A stretch of 64,000 nucleotides of DNA from Polyangiales bacterium (lineage in GTDB: Bacteria; Myxococcota_A; Polyangia; Polyangiales; Ga0077539): assembly GCA_044229975.1 (NCBI GenBank), contig JBGARZ010000007.1, positions 256,001-320,000 of the forward strand. The letters are read 5' to 3'. This document shows, in pieces, positions 46,722 to 59,472 of this stretch. The translations under genes were made by a program, and so were the position numbers. The notes below the pieces were generated by a model. That model was not told the DNA's origin and searched no databases. It saw only the letters and a program-made list of their open reading frames with translations. Within the stretch, counting starts at the first letter, position 1; every line of letters starts with the position of its first letter.

Positions 46722-48751
46722 CGCGGCGCCAGCGCGATGCCGCGGAAGACGGTGTTGGTCGCCGCGGAGCGCAGCGCGGTACCCATCACTCCGGTCGGGG
46801 CGGTGCCGTTGTCGGTGAATCGCACGATGCGCGAGACGGTCTCCGCGGTGGTCACGAAGAGCTGCACGTTGGCGCCATCGACGAAGCCCGTGACCGAGCG
46901 GCAGCCGCTGGTGATGCCCATGGCGTAGGTCCCGATCAGCGACCAGGTGCCACCGGAGAGGGTCCACTTCTGGAGGCCGCCGCCCGAGGCCAGGGCGCGA
47001 TCACTGCACTGGTAGATCGCGTCGATACCGGGCGTCGAGTCACGGTCGAAGGCCGCGAAGCCGAAGGGCGACGGCGTGGGGCTCCCGGTGGTCGGGAAGC
47101 CCGGAAGCAATGTGCCCACGTTGCCGTCCACGCGGAACACGCCGTACTGGCTGCCCGTCGCGACGCTGCCGAAGATCGCGCCGTCGTAGTAGGTGACGAA
47201 GCGGGCGTTGCCCAGCGCCGGGACGAGCGGGGTCAGCATCGCGGAGGCGGGCGAGCCCAGCGGCGCGCTGACGATGGCGCCCGCGGTGTTGGCGCCGATC
47301 GCCAGGAACGAGCTCCCGTCGAGCGACGCCGCCCCGCGGACGTTGTTGCCCGAGAACGACGACCCGAGGAGAGTGGTGGTGTCCACGACGCCTGCCGCAG
47401 ACACGCGAGCGACGACACGGCGCACCGTCGACGACGGGGTGCCGGTGACCGAGGCGGTGCCGGGCGCGACGGCATAACCGGCGAGCACGGCGAAGCGGCG
47501 GTCGACGCTGCGCGTGAGCTGGCCGTCGCTGTCGGAGGTCCCAGAGGTGGTGAAGGGGTTGTTGGCGCCATCCATGGCGACGGGGAGGGCGATGGCTGCG
47601 GCCGAGTCCATGCCGTCGCTGAGGCGCACACGGTCGATGAACACCGCCGTAGAAGCGTTGGTCAGCGCGGCCGCGCCGCTGCCGATGCGGACCACCCAGA
47701 GGTCCGTCGGCGCGGGCTCGGTGCCCGCGTCGGGGACACCCGTGTCCGGCGCACCGCCTGCGTCGGGCGTCCCCACATCGGGCGTTCCTGCGTCGATCGT
47801 TCCGCTGTCGACGGGCGGCGTCCCCGCGTCCATGGGCGTCCCGCTGTCGACCGGCGGTGTCCCCGCGTCGGTGCCCGCGTCGGTCTCGGTCGGGCACGTC
47901 CCGAGCGTGAAGTCGGCCGCGGCCCAGGCGTGCACCTGGGTCTGCGTGTTGAAGCGCCAGAGCGGCGCCGTCGTGGTGAACGTGCACCCCTGCCGCAGCC
48001 CCATCGAGGTGCGCAGCGCCGTCGGAACGCGCAGCCGCAAGCCCGTGACCACCGCGGGGATGCCCATGGTGGTGATCTGCGCCGACTCGAAGCCGGTGCC
48101 CGCCGAGCCGAAGCCCCCGGCGACGGTGCCCTGCACCCGCACGAGCTCGTGCTCGTAGCCGTCCAGGCCCGTCACGAGGTCGGCAGCGGCGGAGAGGTCT
48201 TGTCGGAGCGCGGCGAGGTCGGTGCCTGTGCCCGCGCGGGAGAAGCCCGTGACGGCGGTGATCCACTTCGCGCCGCCGCGCACCGCCCCCTGGGTCGCGG
48301 TGAAGGCCACGCGGTCGCCCGCCTCGGGCGCCGGCGTGAGCGTGGTCGGATCCACCGCGACGAAGATCGCCGGACCCGTCATGCCCTGCTGCACGAAGAA
48401 GCCCGCCGGGTCGTTGGCCGACACACCACCGTCGGCCGCCGTCGCTGCGACGCGCGCGGTGACCACGAGGTCGCTGAGCGCGGCGCTGAGCGTGACCGCC
48501 GCGGTGCCGGTGATGGCGGCGCGCACGGCCGCGAGCGAGCCCGCGGGCGCGTCGGTGGGCGTCTGCGTGTCGGTCGGCGTCTGCACGTCACCGGGCGTCT
48601 GCACGTCGGTGGGCACCTGCACGTCGCGACCGACGTCGGAGGTCGTCCCCGCGTCGTCGCCGACGGTGTTGATGGCGGTGGGCGAGGAGTTGCAGCCGAC
48701 GCCCACCGCGGCCGCGGCGAGGAGGAAACAGGTCGTTCGGTGACGCATCAT
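46718..48751 (-). CDS. Large lipoprotein: OB-fold-like domain, DAGT linker, propeller-like C-terminal domain
   Basis: VGVGC lipobox; TDVQTP and DAGT repeats; GFFVQ...AIFV...GDRV (extracellular OB-fold pattern); C-terminal FRGIALAP. Confidence 0.8.
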
Positions 48752-48860
48752 GGCTCTGAGGTTCTCCGCTCCCGGTACGGGGTGCGCGCAACCGTAGCGC
48801 CCTCGGGGTCGCTTCGTCGATGGCGCTCGTGTGTCTACGACCGACACGCCTCTGCCATGG

Positions 48861-49463
48861 TCAGAAGACGGTGCAGAACCCGCCGCGGCAGGGGCCGCGG
48901 TTGCACGCTCCGCCCCCGCAGCAGAGCTGGAAGTCACCGCCGCACGGCGTGCAGAACGCCACACCCGGGTTCACGCAGGTCAGGCCCGACCGACAGGACA
49001 TCGCCCCGGCGCAGCAGCGCTGCATGTTGCTGCCACACGTCGGGTCCAGCGGAACGTCCACGGTCCCGCTGTCGACCACCACCGGGACATCGGGCACGCC
49101 CACGTCGGGGCTCCCCACGTCGGGCACGCCGACATCCAGCACGCCCGTGTCGGGCACGCCCGCGTCGGGCACGCCCACGTCCATCACGCCGGCATCCATC
49201 GGCCCGGTGTCGACCACACCCGCATCGCGCCCGGCGTCGACCCCGAGGTCTACCGTCGGTGGTCGATCGATCGCCGTCACCACGTCGACGGCGATGCCCA
49301 GGTCGACGGGCGTCGGGCGATCGATGGGCTCCGCCACGTCCACGGCCGCGCCCACGTCCGTCGCGACGTCGTTGGTCGGCGGAACGATCACCTGCGGGTT
49401 CTCCAGGGCGCACGCCCCGAGCCCCGACAGCACCAGCACCAGAAGTGTCCGCGACCCGGCCAT
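48861..49463 (-). CDS. Lipoprotein with PDxG repeats and two Cys-rich modules
   Basis: LGACALENP; 15-bp (V)PDxG repeats; CGSNMQRCC...CGGDFQLCC. Confidence 0.82.
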   Translation of the reverse strand: MAGSRTLLVLVLSGLGACALENPQVIVPPTNDVATDVGAAVDVAEPIDRPTPVDLGIAVDVVTAIDRPPTVDLGVDAGRDAGVVDTGPMDAGVMDVGVPDAGVPDTGVLDVGVPDVGSPDVGVPDVPVVVDSGTVDVPLDPTCGSNMQRCCAGAMSCRSGLTCVNPGVAFCTPCGGDFQLCCGGGACNRGPCRGGFCTVF

Positions 49464-49527
49464 GGCCCGCGTCTGTAAACCACCTCCGCGCGCGACGCTA
49501 TGGCTCCGGACGAAGGACCGGTGAGCG

Positions 49528-50778
49528 TCAGGGCGCGGTGGGCGCCGACGCGAGCTGTATCCAGGTGGCGACGTTGGTGAACGACGCGGTCACCCGCTGC
49601 GAGAGCCCACGACCACCGTTGGCATCGGGCGCGCTCACGCGAACGGTGCACGTGCCATCGCGGAGCAATCGGGCCGCCGTGTGGCCGTGGTTGAGGTACG
49701 TCGGGCCGTCGAGGCCGTTGGGGTTGACCGGCACCACGTCGCAGACATCGGGCGTCTCGGTCGTGAGGGTGAACCACCGTGCGTCGACGTCGTCGCAGAG
49801 CCGGTCGTCGCCGACGGTCGCGTTGGGGATCTGAAAGTAGACGCCCCCCAACGCGCGATTGCCGCCGGTCAGGGACGCGCCTTCGGTGACCTCGTGGGTG
49901 GCCCCGGCCTGACCGGGGATGAAGAAGCGGACGGTGGCGGTGGTGAGGTCGCGCGCCGTCACGCCGCACTCGACCGATGGGTGGTCGTTCGTCTCGGGGG
50001 AGGAGAAGGCGAGGTGCGCGCGGGTCGATGGGAGGCGGAGCTCGTCGGGTGACTCGGGCGCTTCACCGAGGTCGACATCGGACTCGATGAACAGGGGAAA
50101 GGGCGCCGTGCGAAGCACGTTGTTGAAGGTCTCCGGCCTGCCCGCGGCGGGCTCGAACGCGAGGCTCACCGGCAGGCCCGTCTGGCAGCGGACGAAGCGG
50201 GCGACGCGCGCCGCCTCGCAGCGCCCCGCGCGGGTGATGCGAACGCGCCCGGGGTCGGACGTCACGTCGATGTGGAGCGTGGTCGCGTGAGGCAGACGAG
50301 AACCGACGGGCGGCGTTCGGCCGCAGGTCGTGCGGCCCTGGGTGTACTCGCCGCGCAGGACGAGCGTGGTGACGCCGTCGGCGACGGGGCGGATGCGCAC
50401 GACGTCGTCGTCGAGCGCCGCCGTGACGGGCGCGCCCGGAGGGACGTCGAGGGCCTGGAGGACGAGACGCCCCGACTCCTCGCCGCAGGTGTCGATCGCC
50501 GGGGCGATGGTGAGCTCGTACTCCGTCGGGAGATCGGCGTGGCGCAACAGGTTGATATTGACGTTGCGGGTGAGCGGCCCGACGGCGCGGTTGATGATCG
50601 GGACGTGGCGCTCGCCCGCGACGCCGCGGCGTGGGAGCTGCAAACGATGGGGGAGAGCGGTCGTGGTCGCGGTAGATGCCGGGGGCGCGGGTGTGGTCGG
50701 GCGCACCGCATTGGTGACGACGGCGTGGGTGCACCCAGCGAGAAGCAGGAGCGCGAGGACAGGTCGACGGCGGTTCAA
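49528..50778 (-). CDS. Putative beta-rich lipoprotein
   Basis: TTG 50778 gives MNRRRPVLALLLLAGC; alternative ATG 50862. Confidence 0.7.
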   Translation of the reverse strand: MNRRRPVLALLLLAGCTHAVVTNAVRPTTPAPPASTATTTALPHRLQLPRRGVAGERHVPIINRAVGPLTRNVNINLLRHADLPTEYELTIAPAIDTCGEESGRLVLQALDVPPGAPVTAALDDDVVRIRPVADGVTTLVLRGEYTQGRTTCGRTPPVGSRLPHATTLHIDVTSDPGRVRITRAGRCEAARVARFVRCQTGLPVSLAFEPAAGRPETFNNVLRTAPFPLFIESDVDLGEAPESPDELRLPSTRAHLAFSSPETNDHPSVECGVTARDLTTATVRFFIPGQAGATHEVTEGASLTGGNRALGGVYFQIPNATVGDDRLCDDVDARWFTLTTETPDVCDVVPVNPNGLDGPTYLNHGHTAARLLRDGTCTVRVSAPDANGGRGLSQRVTASFTNVATWIQLASAPTAP

Positions 50779-50948
50779 GGCACGGTGCTCCGATGGCGAG
50801 GAAGGTACCAACCTCGTCGGGTTGTCGAGTGGTGCCGATCGTGGACGTGGGGAAGGTCTCATAGTCGTCGTTGACCCAATAGCGCGGCGATCTGTTAGCG
50901 TCCGCGGGTCTGCGAGGTGAAGTCTGGCTGTGCAACGGTAGAGGAGGG

Positions 50949-51719
50949 ATGACGATGCGGGAAAAGACAGTCCGATGTCTGCGGGCCGCTCAGCGATGGG
51001 TGTTTGTGTGCCTGGGGTTGGTCGGAGCGGGGTGCACCCCTCCAACGCCCGCAACCCCCATCGCGGCCGATCGACCGCGCCCCGTCGACGTGCCGACCAA
51101 CGGCAGGTGCGAGGGCGTTCCCGGGATGCGATGTCACGGGCTGCCTCCGCCCGAGGAGCGTGAAGGAGGCGTGCCTCCGCCCGAGTTGGACGCCGCGGTG
51201 CGCGTCTCATCGTGGGAAGACGATGGTGGGACGCAGTACACTCGGCAGGTCGATCCGGGGCCCTTCCAGATCTGGGAGTACCTCGGCAACACCTGGGTGT
51301 TGGAGGGAATCATCTACGTCACGGCGGACTCGGCCAATCCCATGATGCTCACCGAACGCTGGGCGTTTTCGCACTATGACGCCTCGACGAACGTCGGCGG
51401 ATACCGCCATCCGCGGTTTGACTTCACCACCGCGCACCTGGCGTTCATCCGCCTGACTACGAGCCCGACAGCGAAGACCGATGCTGCGTTCCAACTCTGG
51501 GCGGGAAACCAATTGCGGGCGCTCGCCGTGGCCTATGCGCCCCAGACGGCGAAGTTCGACAACCCGAACATCGAATACATGAACGCCGCAGTGACCTGTC
51601 CCGCGACGCTCTACTATGGCGGTACGTGCGGTGCGGTTGCCCTGAGCGCGACGACCACCAGCCGCGTGCCGCCCGGGCTGCCTCCGCCTCCGCCGTTGGT
51701 CCCCTCTCAGCAGCGCTGA
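50949..51719 (+). CDS. Putative lipoprotein, unknown function
   Basis: WVFVCLGLVGAGC lipobox, Pro-rich linker, aromatic beta-rich domain. Confidence 0.7.
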   Translation: MTMREKTVRCLRAAQRWVFVCLGLVGAGCTPPTPATPIAADRPRPVDVPTNGRCEGVPGMRCHGLPPPEEREGGVPPPELDAAVRVSSWEDDGGTQYTRQVDPGPFQIWEYLGNTWVLEGIIYVTADSANPMMLTERWAFSHYDASTNVGGYRHPRFDFTTAHLAFIRLTTSPTAKTDAAFQLWAGNQLRALAVAYAPQTAKFDNPNIEYMNAAVTCPATLYYGGTCGAVALSATTTSRVPPGLPPPPPLVPSQQR

Positions 51720-51747
51720 GTCGAGTCGGGGCCCTTCGGAAGTCATT

Positions 51748-54700
51748 GTGACTGGCCTTCCAGAACCTACTACCGCCGATGCGTCGCTCACGGTTGGCGC
51801 GTCGTCGGACCCTGCCCCGACACCGCGGGACGGTCGTTGCGTCGCTCGTCGCTACGACCTCATCGCCGCGATCGGACGGGGCGGCTACGGCACCGTCTGG
51901 AGTGCGTTCGATCGACTGAGCGAGTCGCGTGTCGCCCTGAAGTTCTGGAACCTTCGCGACTCTCCAGCCACCCGCATCCGGCGGGAGGTGGCGGCGTTGC
52001 GCATGCTGCGGGTGCCGGGTGTCGTGCAGCTCTTCGATGAGGGGCGCGATGGCGATGACGCGTTTCTGGTGATGGAGCTCATCGACGGCGTCGCGTTTCC
52101 GGGACGCTCGCTGCCATCGTCGTGGTCGGACGTGGCACCGACTGTCATCAGTCTTCTCGAGACGCTCGCGCTGGTTCACGCGCATGGCGTCGTGCACCGC
52201 GACCTCAAGCCCTCCAACGTCTTCGTCGACGCGAACGGGCGCCCGACGCTACTCGACTTCGGCATCGCTCTTGACGAGCGCGACGCCACATTGACCGGCA
52301 AGAACGAGACACTGGGCACCCCGGCCTACCTCGCGCCGGAGCAGTTTGCGGGCGAGCCGGTCGGTCCTGCGGCTGACCTCTATGCGCTTGGCACCATGCT
52401 CTACGAGACCCTCTCGGGCGACCTGCCCTTCGGTCGCCTGCCGCGAATGGCAACGATGTTCGCGCGCGCTTTCCGAGTGCCTCCGCCGCTCCTCGAAGTC
52501 GCACCGGATGTCCCTGGGCACGTCGCGGAGGTGGTCGACTCCATGCTTCGTCGCTCTCCGGCGGACCGGCCTCGTTCCGCAGGAGCAGTGATCGAGCTGC
52601 TTCGTGGGCGCCTCAGTACGCCCCCTTCCGCCGATGCTCCGGTCATCGTCGACGCCAACCTCGTCTCTGCCATCCTCGCTCGGGCTCAGGGTGGCCAGGC
52701 GGTCGATGTCGTCGGGCCGCCGGACGCAGGGCACTTTCGGGCGCTGCGCGCGGCCGCCGAGGTGTTCGCCGCGGCGGGGCAGGAGGTCCTCTACCTGGAG
52801 CGATCACATCGTCCGTTTGCCGCACTCACGGCCCTGGTCTCAGGAGCGACCGCCACGGAGGGGCTCGACGCCGTCGCGCAGCGGGTGGAAAACGGCTTGC
52901 GGACACGCCTGCGCGGCGGCGCGGTTGTCGTCGCGGAGCACGTCGAGGCAATCGATCGCTGGTCTCGCGGAGTGCTCGACCGTGTTCGCGGCGAGGGTCT
53001 CGTCATGCGCGGATTCGTTGCAAGGGAAGGGCTCCCGACGGATGCGATCGAGGCTCATCCGCTCGACGACGCCTCGCTACGAGCGCTCATCGCAGGTCCT
53101 GATCGGATACTCCACTTGAAAGAGGACGGTGCCCGACTGCTCCGTGCACGCACAGGCGGCCATGCGTTGGGTGTTGAGCGCGAGGTTCGTCGATGGCTTC
53201 GCGCCGGACTTGCACGATGGGATGGCTCTTCCCTCACGCTGCGTCGCGACGACCTCGCCCGCATCGAGGCCGAGCCGCAGCGACCGACCGATCCCACGCA
53301 CAGCGCGGCTTCTTCGAGAGAAGTCGGCGGGCACCACCGAGACATACTCGTGTGGATCGTGCTCGCGTGGCCGGTGGCGACGACCACGCTCCTCTCGGCG
53401 GCCACGGGCACGGCGCGTTGGGAGATCGAGGCGGCGGTCGCCGAACTCATGCAGGACGGATTGGTGTACGAGGAGCCGGACGGGAGCCTCATGACCGCGG
53501 TGCCCTTGCCGGTCGCCGAGCTGTGGCCCGCAGAGCGAATCGACGAAGCGCACCGTGCGCTCGGTCGGGTGACGGCGGTCGGCACCGAAGGACGCATGCG
53601 ACATCTGCTGGCAGGCTCATCGGGGAGGTTGGAACTCCTCGCAGGTGTCGTGGCCGAGGCAGTCGCGGTCACACGTCAGCTGACAGGTCGCGGGCTCTTG
53701 GGACGCGCCGAGGCGATCCTTCGTGAGTCGTTGATGCACCTGCGTCGACACGGCGCCGCGGGGGCCGAACTTGAAGCGCCCCTCCTCGCCGCCTGGGTCG
53801 ATGTTGCGCTCGCACAGAACACTCCGCACGCTATCGATCGAGTCCTGTACGAACTCTCTCGTGCCGAGCAGTTGTCTGCCTCGCACCATGCCATGGAGGC
53901 ACTGTCGCGGGCCGCGCTGTCGGCTCGAACCAACGGCGAGCACGCGCTTGCTCTCGCGAACTCCCTGCCGTTTATGGACGATCCGAGGCTCGAATGGTGG
54001 CGTCATTCGGTGCGTGTGATCGCCGCGCGGCGTTGCTCCCAGGCTGACGAGGAGCAAGTGCTCGCCGACGTGGCGGTCTGGGCTGATGGCGTCAATACAC
54101 CCGAGGCGGCGGCAAGTCTCGCGGGCTGGCGTGCGAGGCTCCGGTATCGACAAGGACGATTCGTGGAGGCCGCGGAGCTGTGGTTGGAGGCCATGCGCGG
54201 CGAGACGCTGCCAGAACGCCAACTCTCCGCGATGACAGGTGCCGCGTCGGGTCTCATGGAGGCTGCCCGATTGGACGAGGCTGGGCGTCTTGCGCACGAC
54301 GCGCTCGATGCGGCGCGGGCTGCGCGACATGTATATTTCGAGGCGAGAGCTGAGTGGCTTGTGCGCGCCGTCTACTATCGTCGTTGCCAGGCGCTGCAGC
54401 CAGACGAGGAGCTGGTGGCGGTCGTTGGTCTGGTCGGGGTGAGTGATCTGGAGGCGCTGGTGTGCCTGACCGAAGCCGCCGTCGCCTGGCGTGTCGGTCA
54501 GACCGAAACCTGCGCGCGCCTCGCGTCGCGTGTGTCGGAACTTTGGCGTCGCAGCGGCTGGTCGTGGCCGGTCGTCCTTCCGCAGAGCCTTGAGCTAGTG
54601 GTCGCGCGCACCGACGTCGTCGATCAGGCGAAGGCACTCATGCATCAGGCTGTGGACTGCCCCATCGCGAGCGTAGGAATCCAAGCACTCGGCCTTCTTG

Positions 54701-54852
54701 CGTTTGGGTTTCCTCAGCTTCGAGAGGGGCTGCGCGCGGCCATCGAGATGCAGGCGAAGACCGTCGATCGACACCTTTGGGAGATTCGCATGGAGGTGAT
54801 CTCGGTCCGAGAGGCGCTCGTCGCTGTTGGTGTCCACGGTGGCGGGTTCTGA
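51748..54852 (+). CDS. Hanks-type Ser/Thr kinase with degenerate P-loop region and TPR-like C-terminus
   Basis: IGRGGYGTV, VALK, HRDLKPSN, DFG, GTPAYLAPE, DLYALG; later VVGPPDAGHFR and RTGGHA; helical repeats. Confidence 0.88.
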   Translation: MTGLPEPTTADASLTVGASSDPAPTPRDGRCVARRYDLIAAIGRGGYGTVWSAFDRLSESRVALKFWNLRDSPATRIRREVAALRMLRVPGVVQLFDEGRDGDDAFLVMELIDGVAFPGRSLPSSWSDVAPTVISLLETLALVHAHGVVHRDLKPSNVFVDANGRPTLLDFGIALDERDATLTGKNETLGTPAYLAPEQFAGEPVGPAADLYALGTMLYETLSGDLPFGRLPRMATMFARAFRVPPPLLEVAPDVPGHVAEVVDSMLRRSPADRPRSAGAVIELLRGRLSTPPSADAPVIVDANLVSAILARAQGGQAVDVVGPPDAGHFRALRAAAEVFAAAGQEVLYLERSHRPFAALTALVSGATATEGLDAVAQRVENGLRTRLRGGAVVVAEHVEAIDRWSRGVLDRVRGEGLVMRGFVAREGLPTDAIEAHPLDDASLRALIAGPDRILHLKEDGARLLRARTGGHALGVEREVRRWLRAGLARWDGSSLTLRRDDLARIEAEPQRPTDPTHSAASSREVGGHHRDILVWIVLAWPVATTTLLSAATGTARWEIEAAVAELMQDGLVYEEPDGSLMTAVPLPVAELWPAERIDEAHRALGRVTAVGTEGRMRHLLAGSSGRLELLAGVVAEAVAVTRQLTGRGLLGRAEAILRESLMHLRRHGAAGAELEAPLLAAWVDVALAQNTPHAIDRVLYELSRAEQLSASHHAMEALSRAALSARTNGEHALALANSLPFMDDPRLEWWRHSVRVIAARRCSQADEEQVLADVAVWADGVNTPEAAASLAGWRARLRYRQGRFVEAAELWLEAMRGETLPERQLSAMTGAASGLMEAARLDEAGRLAHDALDAARAARHVYFEARAEWLVRAVYYRRCQALQPDEELVAVVGLVGVSDLEALVCLTEAAVAWRVGQTETCARLASRVSELWRRSGWSWPVVLPQSLELVVARTDVVDQAKALMHQAVDCPIASVGIQALGLLAFGFPQLREGLRAAIEMQAKTVDRHLWEIRMEVISVREALVAVGVHGGGF

Positions 54853-55040
54853 CTTCGGCTTGCCCGTAACGGACAGGCTGCGTCGACCGGAACCCCGTAC
54901 TCTCGGATGCGACAGTCCGATCGAAGATCGGGTGTGCGAATCGTGCACAGCGATGCGTATTCGAAGTCCCAATAGAGCACAGTTCATTTGCTTCGAGTTG
55001 AGTTACATCATCAACGCTCCGAGGGATATCGTCTCTGGCG

Positions 55041-56216
55041 GTGGACACGCCCGCTCGTCGCGCCCCGCTGCTCTGGACACTCGCCGTCGCGATGACCTCG
55101 TGCGCGTTGGAGAACCCCTCTCTGCGCCACGCGCCGGAGCCCGACCCTCGCTTCGTCGACGCGCAGCCGATCGACGCCGGCGAGCCCGCCGCCGATGCAC
55201 CGAACGACCTCGGTGTCGCTGACGTCGTGGACGCTCCCGCGGGCGACACGGTCGTCGCGGCGCTCGACGTCCCAGCGGACGCCCTGATCCCCGCCGAGGA
55301 CATCGCCGACGCGCCCGACGACGCGCCCGCGATCGACGCTGGCGACGTCGTGGATGCTCGTGACGTCATCGATGCGCCCGACGTCGTCGACGCTCCCGAC
55401 GCGGCCGATGTGCGCGACGTCGTCGATGTTCCCGACGTGGTCGATGTGCGGGCCGACGTCCCGCCCGCCATCGATGCGCCGCCCGCCATCGATGCGCCGA
55501 TCGTCGTCGATGGGCCTGGCGCGGATGCGGGCGATCGTCCGGCCACGCTCGATACGGGTCGCCTCGACACGGGCGCCGCGTTCGACTCGGGCGCGCTCGA
55601 CACCGGGATGGTCGTCACGGGACCCATCGGTGGCGCCTGTGGAGGCAACGGTCAGGCGTGCTGCAACAACGGCCGCTGCGACACCGACCGCGTCTGCACG
55701 CCGCGCATCGCCGCCTCGCCGATCTGCCTCGACTGCGGCGGCAACGCTCAGCCCTGCTGCGACTTCGGCCGCTGCGACCCGGGCGCCGCCTGCACGCCGC
55801 GCATCGGGGCGACGCCCATCTGCCTGAGCTGCGGCGGCAACGGCGAGGCGTGCTGCAACGGCGGCGGCTGCGAAGGCGAGCGCGTCTGCACCGAGCGCAT
55901 CGCGGCGTACGCCGTGTGTCTCGACTGCGGCGGCAACGGTCAACCGTGCTGCGCCTTCGGGCGCTGTGGCGCGGGGCGGGCGTGCGTGGAGTTCCCGGCC
56001 GTCCCGCCGTTGTGCGTGAACTGCGGCGGCAACAACGAGCCGTGCTGCGCCTTCGGCGGGTGCGACGTCGGGCGCACGTGCCTCCCGCGCATCGGGACCA
56101 TCCCGGCCTGCCGCGACTGCGGCGGCAACGGGCAGCCGTGCTGCGGTGGCGTCACGTGCGAGGGCACGCGGCGGTGCGTGCTGGGCATCGGGGAGCCGTA
56201 TCCGTTCTGTCGATGA
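55041..56216 (+). CDS. Lipoprotein with acidic linker and six 32-aa Cys-rich repeats
   Basis: MTSCALENP; DVVDAP repeats; six CGGNxxxCC units. Confidence 0.85.
   Translation: MDTPARRAPLLWTLAVAMTSCALENPSLRHAPEPDPRFVDAQPIDAGEPAADAPNDLGVADVVDAPAGDTVVAALDVPADALIPAEDIADAPDDAPAIDAGDVVDARDVIDAPDVVDAPDAADVRDVVDVPDVVDVRADVPPAIDAPPAIDAPIVVDGPGADAGDRPATLDTGRLDTGAAFDSGALDTGMVVTGPIGGACGGNGQACCNNGRCDTDRVCTPRIAASPICLDCGGNAQPCCDFGRCDPGAACTPRIGATPICLSCGGNGEACCNGGGCEGERVCTERIAAYAVCLDCGGNGQPCCAFGRCGAGRACVEFPAVPPLCVNCGGNNEPCCAFGGCDVGRTCLPRIGTIPACRDCGGNGQPCCGGVTCEGTRRCVLGIGEPYPFCR
55638..56213 (+). repeat. Six tandem 96-bp coding repeats
   Basis: TG(T/C)GG(A/C)GGCAAC recurs at 55638, 55734, 55830, 55926, 56022, 56118. 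Confidence 0.9.
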
Positions 56217-56241
56217 GCGATGGCCCTCCGCTCGCCGCCCA

Positions 56242-57242
56242 TCACTCCCTCCCGTCCACCCCAAACCCCTTCAACAACTCATCGGCCGCCGCGGTCGGCG
56301 TCATCTTCCCCGCCAGCACCGCGGCCTCCACCGCCCCGACGCGCCCCGCCACCGCCGCGTCTGCCCGGAATCGCCGCTCCAGCCGCTCGGTGATCAGCGC
56401 CCACATCCACGCCCGCTGCTGCTCCGCGCGCATCGCCCCGAGCTCGCCCGTCGCCGCGAGCGCCGCCCGGTGCTCTTCCACCATTCCCCACAACTCATCG
56501 AGCCCGGCGCCCGTCTGTCCCGACACCGCCACCGCCCGCGTCGCCCAGCCCGGTCGCTTGCGCGGCAGGTACCGTATCGCCGCGCGGATGTCCCCCAACG
56601 CCACGCGCGCCCGCATCTCCCCGTCGCCATCGGCCTTGTTCACCGCGATGGCATCCGCCAGTTCGAACACCCCCTTCTTGATGCCTTGCAGCTCGTCGCC
56701 CGACCCGGGCAACGCCAGCACCAGGAAGAAGTCCACCATGTCCGCGACGGCCGTCTCCCCCTGGCCGACGCCCACCGTCTCTACCAGCACCACGTCGAAG
56801 CCCGCTGCTTCGCACAGCAGCAGCGTCTCCCGCGTGCGCCGCGCGACGCCGCCCGGCGACAGCCCGCTCGGCGACGGCCGGATGTACGCCCGCGGCTCAA
56901 CCGACAACCGCGCCATACGGGTCTTGTCACCAAGAATCGATCCACCCGACAACGCGCTCGATGGGTCGATGGCCAGCACCGCGACCCGATGTCCCTTCGC
57001 CACTAGCCGCATCCCGAGCTCATCGACGAAGGTGCTCTTCCCCACACCCGGAACGCCCGTCACCCCCACGCGCCGCGCCCCGCCCGTCACTGGCAACAGT
57101 CGAGTGAGCAGCGCCTGCGCCAGCGCCCCGTCCTCCGCCGTCCGGCTCTCGACCAGGGTGATGGCCCGCGCCAGCACCGCGCGGTCGGCGGCACGCACGC
57201 CCCGCTCGTACTCATCGAGCGTGAGGCGCTGCCGCCGCCCGC

Positions 57243-57246
<4 letters not shown>
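56242..57246 (-). CDS. meaB: Methylmalonyl-CoA mutase-associated GTPase
   Basis: [50 protein letters not shown] overlaps the mutase stop. Confidence 0.95.
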
Positions 57247-59384
<2,138 letters not shown>

Positions 59385-59406
59385 CGCACTCCCCCGATCG
59401 TGAGCT

Positions 59407-59456
59407 CATCGCGCCCGTCTGCCGCGGGTTGAAACCCACGGCAGACGGACGCGATG
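59407..59456. repeat. REP-like hairpin between the mutase subunit genes
   Basis: CATCGCGCCCGTCTGCCGCGGGTT-GA-AACCCACGGCAGACGGACGCGATG; about 24-bp stem with two mismatches. Confidence 0.7.
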
Positions 59457-59472
59457 GCTTCGTCGGTGTTCC

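Noticed and set aside
49528..55040. Prophage or integrative element
   Set aside because: Composition differs but there is no integrase, tRNA, att-like direct repeat or phage gene.
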